64,000 nucleotides of DNA from Malacoraja senta (Eukaryota). The notes beneath the pieces were generated by a model that saw nothing but the letters and a program-made list of their open reading frames with translations, did not search any database and was not told where the DNA came from. Where the stretch lies: contig JAXLNO010000621.1 in the NCBI GenBank assembly GCA_038087875.1, forward strand, positions 1-64,000, in the 5' to 3' direction. The translations under genes and the position numbers were made by a program. This document shows positions 53,375 through 64,000 of this stretch, piece after piece. How positions within the stretch are numbered: position 1 is the first letter of the stretch; each line of letters begins with the position of its first letter.

Positions 53375-54122
53375 TCAAGTTGGGAAAAGGGGAAGTACAA
53401 CGGGATCTGGGGGGTCCTTGTACATCAGTCTATGAAAGTAAGCATGCAGGTACAGCAGGCAGTGAAGAAAGCGAATGGCATGTTGGCCTTTATAACAAGA
53501 GGAATCGAATATAGGAGCAAAGAGGTCCTTCTGCAGTTGTACAGAGCCCTAGTGAGACCACACCTGGAGTATTGTGTGCAGTTTTAGTCCCCTAATTTGA
53601 GGAAGGACATTCTTGCTATTGAGGGAGTGCAGCGTAGGTTTACAAGGTTAATTCCCGGTATGGCGGGACTGTCATATGCTGAGAGAATGGAGCAGCTGAG
53701 CTTGTACACTCTGGAGTTTAGAAGGATGAGAGGGCATCTTATTGAAACATATAAGATTGTTAAAGGTTTGGACACGCTGGAGGCAGGAAACATGTTCCCG
53801 ATGTTGGGGGAGTCCAGAACCAGGGGCCACAGTTTAAGAATAAGGAGTAAGCCATTTAGAACGGAGACGAGGAAACCCTTTTTCTCACAGAGAGTGGCGA
53901 GTCTGTGGAATTCTCTGCCTCAGAGGGCGGTGGAGGCGGGTTCTCTGGATGCTTTCAAGAGAGAGCTGGATCGGGTTCTTAAAAATAGCGGAGTCAGGGG
54001 ATATTGATAGAAGGCAGGAACTGGGTACTGATTGGGGATGATCAGCCATGATCAAATTGAATGGCGGTGCTGGCTTGAAGGGCCAAATGGCCTACTCCTG
54101 CACCTATTGTCTATTGTCTATG
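53375..54122 (+). mobile_element. CR1 LINE 3' fragment (subfamily B)
   Basis: [33 protein letters not shown]; (CTATTGT)n tail. Confidence 0.92.
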
Positions 54123-56899
54123 TTCAGAGGGTGATTATGTGAATGTGCAGGAATGTAAATCTGTGCAGCCTGCTGTTTTGTCCGCTGTACTGCAGAGTCT
54201 CTAGAATGTCTATTGTCTATAAGAATGCTGAAAAACAGCTTTGGGCCTTGGTCCAGTAGTTGCCTTGAAGCAGTAAATATCTTTGGGTAATCTCCCATCC
54301 AGACAGTTTCTCTATTGTCATCAAAGTGAAAGGTCCTGCTTAGAAATGATTTACAGCCCCGTAACAATTTATTTACTAACCACTGTTTTAACGGTTGTGA
54401 TTTTGAAAACTTTCATTAAATTGACAAAGGTTTTGGTTAAAATAGTGTTAATTTTTGTGGTAACCATGGAGTAAAATGTGTATTTTATTTTACAAGCATG
54501 AAGCTACAGAGTGGAAGATTTGATAGTGGACAATAAGTCCTCTGGACCTCCATTAATGCTTTTGCATTAGGTTTCGCTGTTACTCCAAGGAAATTTGGCT
54601 GGATATTTAGTAGCAACCTTCTTTTCTGAGCAGATGACCCCTTTGTGATTTTGTGATTGGAAGTATGATTTTTTTTTAAAGGAATATATTGCAGATACAG
54701 AAATAGCTATGACCATCAATGCAGCTGGTCCTTATTCTCCACTACTGAGTTCACATAAGAGTCCTTAGATAAATAGAAATTGAAAGCAGAGCACTAATTC
54801 CTTTGTCGACTCACCAGCAATTTTTTCCCATTTGGTCTTTGATTTTTGTCTCTTGTCATGGTTTTGCTGTTTCCTATTCTGATGCGTTCTGTGGCAGTTT
54901 TAAGATCTTGTTAAATCATAGTTTGACATGAAACATAGCCAGCCTAACTAATGGAAGGGTACTTAGGACTTGTAAATTACAAGCTGATCACTACACGTGG
55001 GTTGTCCAGATCAAGAGCCATCTTCAGGACAATAAATTGTTACAGGATAATTGGACAAATGTGGAGAAGTAAAGAATGAGAATGGATAGGCAGGAGGATG
55101 TATTTGAGATATGTCAATCGCAGTAAAACGTCTGCTATTCAATTGTTTGGAAATACTGATGGTTTGGCAACTGGCTCTCTGGGATTTGGATTTTGGATAT
55201 AATTGGTCAACAGTTTAATTAAAATGAAAGATGGAAGGCCACTATTGGGATGGTAAAGACATAGAGAGAGAATTGCAGTGGCAGTGTTGTTTAATATGGC
55301 GCTTGTCTGATGCCCATTACAGTATCAAGGTGGCAAATGGCTGAGCATATTGAGCAAATCTATCAAGCCTATGGCCCATTAATTCACAAGCTGTCAGCCA
55401 AATCACTTCCAGGTGCAAGCAAATTTTGTTTGTTTCCTCAGGATGTGATATGAATTTGCTAGCCTGCAGATTGCAGATACTTCATGTCATGGAAGCCTTA
55501 GACACCTTAAAAAAAGGTGCAAGCATCCAGCTTTAATCCTGAAAAGTATATAAACTTTAAATGATTGCACACATTTCTCCCTAAGATTTTCTTACGAACT
55601 ACCATAGTTCATCTGAAAATTGTATGTGTGTGTTGATCTTAATTTTTTCTAAAGTAATGTTGGAACCATGTTGCAACTATCATATCATTTATATCTCAAA
55701 TTTGTATTAGCATATAGGTTAAGCACGAGAGTACTTCAATAATTCATTTATTAAATTATGTTTTGCACATATCTGAGGGATCAGAACATCCTAAGCAAGT
55801 TCGAGACACGAGACTGAAGATGCTGGAATCTGGAGCAACAAACCATCTGCTGGAGAAACTCAGCAGGTCAAGCAGCATCTATAGGTGGAAAGGGAAAGTC
55901 AAATGTTTGACTCAAAACGTCGACCATTCCTTTTCACCACCATTCCACCAGCAAATTGTCGTTCCAAACCAAGTTTCCTTATAAATTAATAAATAGACTA
56001 ATTTCGCACAGAAATACTGACTTATTTGGCTTTCCCTAACTTGCCGTATATTTCTTCCATTCTAATGCTGTGTAATAAACAGCAGCAGCAATAAATGTAT
56101 TTCTCTTCTGCAGGTCTGGCCTGACTTCAGCAGTACATTTCTGATCTGCTTTCTAGCCATTTTCCAAATTGGCATAAGATTCTGAGAATTTGTTTAGTGC
56201 AATGATGTCTTGATCCTGGTTAGCTGCATTCTGCCTTTTCACCAGTGGAATATTATTTCTAGATTGCTCATCTCCAGTCTACAGATTATGAAATTGTAGT
56301 GCTCTTTGCTATTAAAGACTGTGCTTTCAGTACAGAATGAAACTCTTTTTCTCTCATGTTAAATTATTCAGTGAGCAGAAATATTCTTGATTAGTAAAGG
56401 TGTCAAAGCTTATGAGGAGAAAGCAGGAGAATGGGGTTGAGAGGGAAAGATAGATCAGCTCAGATTGAATCGTGGAATACTCGATGGGCCGAATGGCCTA
56501 ATTCTATTCCTAAGACTTAAGACCTTATGATCATTCTTTGTGCAATCTCCATTCTGCATTATTATTGGATGAGGCATAATTTGAGCCTTAACATCTCACT
56601 AAAGTGGATATAAAGGATCGCATAATAAGGGAAAGGAGTACTTTTGGTGCTTAATTATCTATTCTGGCCCCAAATGAAGATGATGAAGCAACCTAAAGGG
56701 GTACTAAATCTGGATAGAGGGGTTGGCGAATTTAAATGTTGTGCTTCTTATCCACGAGTGAGCAGACACGGTATGTCTAGGTGATCGGCATTTGGCTTGA
56801 GTTAGGGCATGGCCAATGGTGCATGAGCTTACAGAGAGTAAAATGAACCTAGTCTGCTGTGAGGTCAATTAAGTCAGATTCATGGGGAGTTAAAGGGGT

Positions 56900-58300
56900 T
56901 GTAGCGGCACCTGCTGGTGCCCGCAGGCAATCGAACCCTGCGGTCGGGTGCCTCGGACATGTGGACTCTGAGGAGGGGTTGTATTTCGCGCGCTTTCTGG
57001 GCGATGCCCCTTCAGTCGTTCTGGACCAGAGTTATGGCTAGTTCTGTGTATTGGCTGTGTTGAGTCACTTCGTTGATTTCATCGTTTTGTTAATAGAACT
57101 CGTTTGGAAAATCGACTCATCTCATCCGCCAAATTGGTGACCCCGACGCGTCCCGACGCGTCCAACCGAAGATTGGACGACATCATGCAGGACAATTACC
57201 TTCCTGCCGCCGCTCCCGACGGCCATCAAAACGCCGTCAGCCGGGTTTTTGGCCGGATCAGCCTCAGGTGCGGTTCGCTCACATCGTGGCGGACGAAACA
57301 AAGTACTTCCATGTGGTGGGAGCCCTGCCGCAGGAGTCCGCCTCCAGTCTACTGCCTTATCTTTGGGACCCTCCCGCAACCGCTAAATATGATGGCCTCA
57401 AGGCCCTCATATTACATATCTTTGGACTTAGCCGCCGGGACCGTGCCGCCCGCATCCTTCACATGGACGGTTTGGGAGATCGCCGTCCGTCCGTTCTCAT
57501 GGCCAAGATGCTTGCACTCATGGACGGCCACCGCCCGTGCCTGTTGTTCGAACAGGCGTTTCTCGAGCAGATGCCTGACGATGTCCGCCTAATGCTCGCT
57601 GGCGCGGACTTCGCCGATCCCCTGCAGCTCGCGGAGTGGGCCGACGAACTCTGGCCGACCAGACACCAGGATATCTGCGCCATCAACCGCGTGCCCGCAC
57701 CAGCGTGCCTTTTGCCTTAGCAGCTCCACGAGGAAGGCACGCCCTCGTCTCCCACCGAAGAACCACAGCAGTGTCCTGAGACTCGCGGTAGGCACCGTTG
57801 GTGTTACAATCACCTCCGCTATGGCGCGGAGGCTCAATGCTGCCGCTGTCCCTGCACTTTTCAGGGAAATGCCTCAGCCGATCGTCTGTAGAGGCGATCG
57901 CAATCGGCCCAAACATCTGCCTCTACGTCCGCGACTGCCATTCCGGCCGCCGTTTCCTGGTAGACTCCGGTGCGATCGTCGGCATCCTTCCCCCGAACGG
58001 CCGTGACACTCGTGCTGGTAAGAAGGGCCCCGTTCTCTTGGCAATTAACGGGAGCGACATCCGAACGTACGGTACGCGGACCCCTACCCTCACTTTCGAC
58101 TCCCGCTCGTACAAGTGGACATTTATCATTGCCAACATTGCCCAGCTGCTCTTGGGAGTCGATTTCCTCCGCGCTTTCTCCCTCATCGTCGATTCACGGG
58201 GCGGTCCCATAATTCCATGGTCGGCCATCGGCCCCTCTGCACCGCACAACCCGCCCCCACCCGTCCCGCAGCTTAACGCCATCACCGAGGTCGAAAACCC
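56900..58300 (+). mobile_element. Gypsy LTR retrotransposon (CsRn1-like), 5' LTR + gag + protease, 3'-truncated
   Basis: TG...CA LTR ~56900-57131; PBS TGGTGACCCCGACG (57135-57148, tRNA-Trp type); gag with CX2HX9CX3C (57802-57855); protease FLVDSGA. Confidence 0.85.
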
Positions 58301-58505
58301 GTCCAGTTTGCTGCTTCCTCTGGCCAATTTACAGTATATTCATCTTCCTTGGATTTAACACTATCCTTGATTTCCTTCGTTAGCCACGGTTGAGCTGCCT
58401 TCCCTGTTTTATTCGCCAGACAGGGATGAACAATTTTGGGAGTTCATCCATGCGGTCTTTAAAATCTTTGCCACTGCATCTCCACCGTCAACCCTTTAAG
58501 TATAA

Positions 58506-59609
58506 CTGGACAAAGTGGGACCCATTGGGTCCCAGTCACACGGGAGTCCTGGTCCCCCAACGCAACCCATTCCCCAACGCAACATTCCACCACTCACCCA
58601 TAGCCATTAACTGCGCAGGCACGGCTCATTTCCCCTCATCCCCGAGCACTCCCTCCCCCTCCTCTTCATGTGTGGGAGAGGAGGGGGGAGGGAAGTGGGG
58701 TGTGTGGGGGGGAGTGGTGGAGGGGTTTGTGTGGACGGGGAGGTGTAGGAGGGGGGAGTGGGTGGTGTGGGGTGAGGGGGAGGTGTGTATGTGGGTGGCA
58801 GGGGAAGAGGAGGGATGTGGGAGGGGGTTGTGGGGGAGGGCATGTGTGTGGGAGGGGTGTGTGTGGGGAGGGGGATTGTGGGGGGAGGGGTGTGCGGGAG
58901 GAGGGGTGTGAGCGGAGGGGTTGTGGGGAGGAGGAGTGTGTGAACAGGGGAGGGGTGTGTGTGGGGGCCGGGGGGGTGGTTGTGGGGGCGGGGTGTTTGT
59001 GCGGGCGGGGTGTGTTGGGGGTGTGTGTGGGCGGGGAGTATGTGTGGGTGGGGGGTTGTGTGTGGGCGGGGGGTGTGGGCAGGGGGCTTGGGGGAGGGGT
59101 GTGGGTGGTGGGGGTTGTGTGGGGGGAGAGGGGTGTGTGGGTGTGGGGGAGTTGTGGGGGGGAGAGGGGCGGGGGGGGAGTGAGCTCGGAGAAAAGACGG
59201 GGGAAGAGCCATGGGGGAGAGGAGGGCATCACAGGAGAGGGGAGAGGAGCCAGCGAGGGGGACCAGAGGGGTGGTGGCTGGAATTGGCGGTGCAATGGGG
59301 ACTCACAGCGGGCGCTGGGCGCTGGTCGTTGGGGCTGCTGCTCTTTGAGGCGGGGCTGGGCTGCTGCTTGGAGCTCGCTGACTGACAGGAGAAGAGATCG
59401 ATCTGCACATGCCCGTTTTTTAAGATTTTTAAACCTCGCTAACTTTTACGACATTCAACCGATCAGAACGAAACTTGGTGGACTCGCAGCACATGAGAAA
59501 CGTGAGTGAACAGGCGAAAAATCGTAGCGCTATCACGAACCATTTTTGCGCAAACAGAAAGACCGCGCAACCGGAAGATAACACGATCAGAGTTTAAGTT
59601 ATGTATAGA
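58506..59609 (-). mobile_element. Non-autonomous Helitron-like element, complete, inserted between A and T
   Basis: A|CTGG + GGGACCCATTGGGTCCC hairpin ... GATCAGAGTTTAAGTTATGTATAGA|T. Host CR1 rejoins as AAGTATAA|TTTGCCAGTC with no duplication. Confidence 0.85.
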
Positions 59610-59700
59610 TTTGCCAGTCTAACATAGCCAATTCCCGTCTCATATCTTCAAAGTCTCCTTTTTTAAGTTCAGGACCCTAGTCTCTGAATTAACCGTGTCA

Positions 59701-60057
59701 AGGGCCTGTCCCACTGTACGAGGTAATTCAAGAGATCTCCCGGGTTTTCCCCTGATTCGAACTCGGAGAATGTCCGTAGTGGGACCGTAGGAGTTTGTGG
59801 ATGTCTCATAGCTGCTCGTACGAGTAACGGTAGGTACTTGGAAAATCCGGTAAACTCGTGACGTTTTTTCAACACTGTGAAAAATGTCCATGAGTAAAAA
59901 AATACTCTTGATGAAAACAATTGTTACTTTTTACTCGTACGAGCTGCTACGAGACATCCACGAACTCCTACAGACCCGCTACGGACATTCTCCAAGTTCG
60001 AATCAGGGAAAAACTCAGGAGAACTCTTGAATTACCTCGTACAGTGGGACAGGCCCT
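59701..60057. mobile_element. PIF/Harbinger-type palindromic MITE
   Basis: TIR AGGGCCTGTCCCACTGTACGAGGTAATTCAAGAG; nearly the whole element is self-complementary; 3-bp TSD TCA (59698-59700, 60058-60060). Confidence 0.88.
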
Positions 60058-60589
60058 TCACTCTTCATCCTAATGCATAATTCCACCATATTATGGTCAC
60101 TGTTGCTCAAGGGCTTTGCACAACAAGATCGCTAACTAATCCTTCTAGGGTTAGGATGGCCTGCCCTCTAGTCGGTTCTTCTACATATTGGTCTAAAAAA
60201 TACATTCCAGGAAATCAGTAATGTAACTTTGCATAATATTTACCAGTAATGTGCATTTTTAGTAACATGTTGAATCTTGCAACAACTGTCCAAAGAGCAT
60301 ATGTAATTCAAAGCTTGGAAACAAAGGTGTGGCCACTGAGCCAAGTCAGGTGGTCATGGATCAGGATCCAAGCCACAACCTTAATTTAATTTGGTTAATT
60401 TAATACCACAAAGAGCAATGATGACAGGCACAACATCTAAAATAATGGAGGGCACAAGGTGCTGGAGTAAGTCAGCAGGTCAGGCAGGATCTCTGGAGAA
60501 CATTGATAGGTAATGTTGCGGAATGGATGGATTGAGGCAGGTGAATTAGTGCGTGTTGGTTGGAGTATGTAAAATTGTGAGGGGAGAGC

Positions 60590-61300
60590 GTGGGGGATGT
60601 CAGTGGGGTTGAATGGGGGGATCAGTATGGGGGAGGATCTGTGCAGGATGGATGGGGGGGATTAGTACAGGATGGATGTGGGGATCAGTACAGGATGAAT
60701 GGGGGGGATCAGTACAGGATGAATGGGGGTAGACAAAAATGGATGGGGGGATAAGTACGGGATGGATGGGGGGGGATAAGTACAGGATGAATGGGGGGGA
60801 TCAGTAAAAGATGAATGGGGAGATCACTACAGGATGGATGGGGGGTTCGGTGCAGTATAAATGGAGGGGAGGTCAGTACAGGATGGATCGGGAGATCAGT
60901 GCAGGATGAATGAAGGGATCAGTACAGGATGAATGGGAGGATCAGTAAAAGATGAATGGGAAGATCACTACAGGATGGATGGGGTGGATCAGTGGAGGGT
61001 AAATGGAGGGGGGGGGTCAGTACGGGATGAATGGGAGGATCAGTACAGGATGGATGGGGAGCAGTGCAGGATGAATGGAAGAGCAGTGCAGGATGGATGG
61101 GATGGGGGGTCAGTACAGGATGAATTGGGGGACCAGTGTAGGATGGATGGGGAGTGGCAGGAGAATCAATGCGAGGTGGATAGGGTGTTCAATGCAGGAT
61201 TAATAGACGGGGGGGGTAGATGGGGAGGGGAGCACAGGGGATGTCAGTGAGGACTGAATAGAGGCGGGAATGGGGATCAGTGCAGGACAGAGTGGAGGGG
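60590..61300. repeat. Degenerate ~22-26-bp minisatellite (GGGATCAGTACAGGATGAATGG)
   Basis: Directly visible imperfect tandem units; followed by (GA)n at ~61333-61360. Confidence 0.85.
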
Positions 61301-61329
61301 TCTCAGGATAAAGGGGGTGGAGGGGGCGT

Positions 61330-61364
<35 letters not shown>

Positions 61365-61959
61365 GGTGGGGAGGAAGGAAGGTCAGCGCTCCTCAGACAG
61401 GGACGGCATCATCGCCCCGCTGCTTTGGCAGTCCCTGTCCACTGCCAAGTGCTGTCGCCAAAGGTGGAGGCAGTTGGGGTCTCCTCACCACCGCCTCCCC
61501 TCCGCCAGCCAACAGGAAGGTGTGGGGCCGAGTGGTGCAGGTGCTTCAGATGGCGGAAGGGGGCCTCCCCCTTCCTCCCTCCCTCCCAGCCTCGGCGTTC
61601 GGGAGGGTTTGTTTTGAAATCGGTCATTGCCGTTGGCGGAGTGGCATTAGGGCGGGCGGGGTGCGGGAGGAGGAGGAGGTGGAGCCGCTGTGCGGGGCCC
61701 GTCTTTCACTCCGACCCTCCGTCACCCCGCACCTAGTATCTTTGCCCCACACGACAGCCGCCGCCGACACAAAACGTCACATTCCTTTTCTCCAGAGATG
61801 CTGCCTGACCCGCTGAGTTATTCCAGTTTTTTGTGTCTATATTCGGTATAAACCAGTATCTGCAGTGCCAAGCCGGGCAAAATGACTCGGCGTTTAGGTT
61901 GCCCGGTGGCACTTTGGGTGGTCATTGGCACCCGGGCATCCGCTAATTTGAGCCCTGAA

Positions 61960-63155
61960 ATGTGACATCTCCAAGTTCGCGGATGACACAAAGCTGGGTG
62001 GCAGTGTGAGCTGCGAGGAGGATGCGATGAGGCTGCAGGGTGATGGATAGGTTGGGCGAGTGGGCAGATGCATGGCAGATGCAGTATAATGTGGATAAAT
62101 TTGAGGTTATCCACTTTGGTGGCAAAAACAGGAAGGCAGATTATTATCAAAATGGTGTCAGATTAGTAAAGAGGAGGTGCAACGAGACCTGGGTGTTCTT
62201 GTAATCAGTCACTGAAAGTAAGCAATGCAGGCTTCATTGCGAAAGGATTTGAGTTCAGGAGCAAGGAGGTACCGTAGTTGTTCAGGGCCCTGGTGAGACT
62301 GCACCTGGAGTATTGTGTGCAATTTTGGTCTCCTAATTTGAGGAAATACCTTATTGCTATTGAGGGAGTGCATCGTAGGTTCACAAGGTTACTTCTTGGG
62401 ATGGCGGGACTGACATATGATGAAAGTATGGGTCGCTTGGGCTTATATTCACTGGAATTTAGAAGGATGAGAGGAAATCTTATAGAAACATAAAACATTC
62501 TTAAAGGATTGGACAGGATAGATGCAGGAAAAAATGTTCCAGATGTTGGGGGAGTCCAGAACCATGGGTCACAGTTTAAGAATAAGGGGTAGGCCATTTA
62601 GGACTACCCCTTTTCACCCAGAATGTTGTGAATCTGTGGAATTATCTGCCACAGAAGGCAGTGGAGGCCAATTCACTGGATGTTTTCAAGAGGGAGTTAG
62701 AAACATAGAAACATAGAAAATAGGTGCAGGGGGAGGCAATTCGGCCCTTCGAGCCAGCACCGTTATTCATTGCGATCATGGCTGATCGTCATCAATCAAT
62801 AACCCGTGCCTGCCTTCTCCCCATATCCCTTGATTCCACTAGCCCCTGGAGCTCTATCTAACTCTCTCTTAAATCCATCCAGTGATTTGGCCTCCACTGC
62901 CCTCTGTGGCAGGGAATTCCACAAATTTACAACTCTCTGGGTGATAACGTTTTTTTCTCACCTCAGTCTTAAATGGCCTCCCCTTTATTCTAAGACTGTG
63001 GCCCCTGGTTCAATTTAGCTCTTAGGGCTAAAGGACTCAAGGGATATGGGGAAAGAGCAGGAACCGACCGGGTAGTGATTTTAGATGATCAGCCGTGATC
63101 ATATTGAATGGCGAATGGCCTACTCTTGCACCCATTTTTCTATGTTGCTATGTTC
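61960..63155 (+). mobile_element. CR1 3' fragment with a nested opposite-strand CR1 tail (62700-63010, minus)
   Basis: [22 protein letters not shown] on +; minus-strand CR1 3' end with (TTTCTATG)n at 62700; host resumes TTTAGCTCTTAGGG at ~63014. Confidence 0.88.
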
Positions 63156-63501
63156 ATTGTGTACATTGTGTTCTCAGACTCTCATGTATTAAATTGGAGT
63201 CTGTTGCTCATTAGTTATCTTTTCCAGGGTTTCTGAACTATGTACTTGAAGTATTTTGATTCCCTCAAGAGTTTTTTTGTTAAAATGTTCCACACAGTCA
63301 AGTACTGAATATGTTTGATTTTCTAAAACAAATTGAAACGGTTCCAGTTTGTGCAAAAGGTGTCTTTTTAAAAAAGATTTTGGCTAGATTATTGTAATTA
63401 CAGAGAACTTAATTTAGGACTGAGTTATATTTAGAACTTAATTATATTCTTTTTCCTATAGATTCCAATAACTAAGCTGCTTTCCCTTCTCCCTATCCAC
63501 G

Positions 63502-63655
63502 ATGAGTGCCAAACCTGCTATCAACAAGGAGATTTTTGCTCCACACAATGAGAGAATGCTTGCGGCCGTCCAGGTCAAACGAAGAACCAAAAAAAAGATT
63601 CCGTTTCTAGCAACAGGAGGTCAGGGGGAATACTTGACCTACATCTGTTTGTCAG
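63502..63655 (+). CDS. STXBP6: Syntaxin-binding protein 6 (amisyn), first coding exon (exon ~63462-63655; gene continues beyond the window)
   Basis: MSAKPAINKEIFAPHNERMLAAVQVKRRTKKKIPFLATGGQGEYLTYICLS matches the recalled N-terminus of vertebrate STXBP6. Acceptor TTTTTCCTATAG ends at 63461; donor CAG|GTAAAG at 63656 (154 coding nt, phase 1). Confidence 0.95.
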
Positions 63656-64000
63656 GTAAAGTTAATGTGACAGTTGTTATACTTCCTTCATTGACTTAAT
63701 TAAAAGCCATCATCATCTGCTGGAAGAGATGAAGTTGTAATTTTTAAAATAGAACAAGACGGGCAAATCTCCATCTTCAATTTGGGAGATAATAAAAGGT
63801 GGCTGAATTGATGTTGTTATGCTGTACAGTTGATTTGAAACACTTCAAGATCATATACTAAGAGAATTGGTACCCATTCATGGAATGAAGGTTATGCAGT
63901 TGCAATACGACTTAACAGGAAGATGTTGTGCCACCGTGCACTTGAGTAAATTTGGGCTCAATTTAAGTTTGTGCAGGGGTGGAGTATTTCTTGTGTTCCT

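Larger units (their letters stand above)
58303..60215 (-). mobile_element. Old CR1 ORF2 fragment interrupted by a Helitron-like element and a MITE
   Basis: Segments 58303-58505, 59610-59700 and 60058-60215 are colinear with CR1 32750-33215. Confidence 0.8.

Noticed and set aside
58390..59509. Gly/Val- or Pro/His/Thr-rich ORFs (also 50334-50880 and 23706-24276)
   Set aside because: Low-complexity G-rich interiors of the Helitron-like elements.
63656..63699. C-terminal GKVNVTVVILPSLT of ORF 63502..63699
   Set aside because: Intronic read-through past the GT donor at 63656; similarity to STXBP6 stops there.

Overview
Vertebrate genomic DNA, most likely from a cartilaginous fish (skate or ray). 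This is inferred from the repeat set: V-SINE/HE1-like SINEs, CR1, Penelope, Rex1, DIRS and Tc1. The only host coding sequence is the first coding exon of STXBP6 (amisyn) at 63502-63655 (+). A CpG-island promoter and putative non-coding first exon lie about 49 kb upstream (~13710-14512), so most of the window is probably STXBP6 intron 1 plus upstream intergenic DNA. The rest is dense, often nested, transposable elements. Most notable: (i) a family of non-coding elements with Helitron termini (5' TC, 3' hairpin + CTAG, AT target, no TSD) that form tandem composites and carry different minisatellite cargo; (ii) a DIRS tyrosine-recombinase retrotransposon with both ends, an ATA target and a circle-junction internal complementary region, interrupted by a CR1; (iii) Penelope elements and many solo termini with a minimal hammerhead-ribozyme-like core; (iv) a promoter-proximal GC-box/half-CRE tandem array; (v) a CsRn1-type Gypsy fragment, a full-length dead Tc1 and two Harbinger-type MITEs. 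No searches were run; family names come from recognised motifs and boundaries were read by eye.
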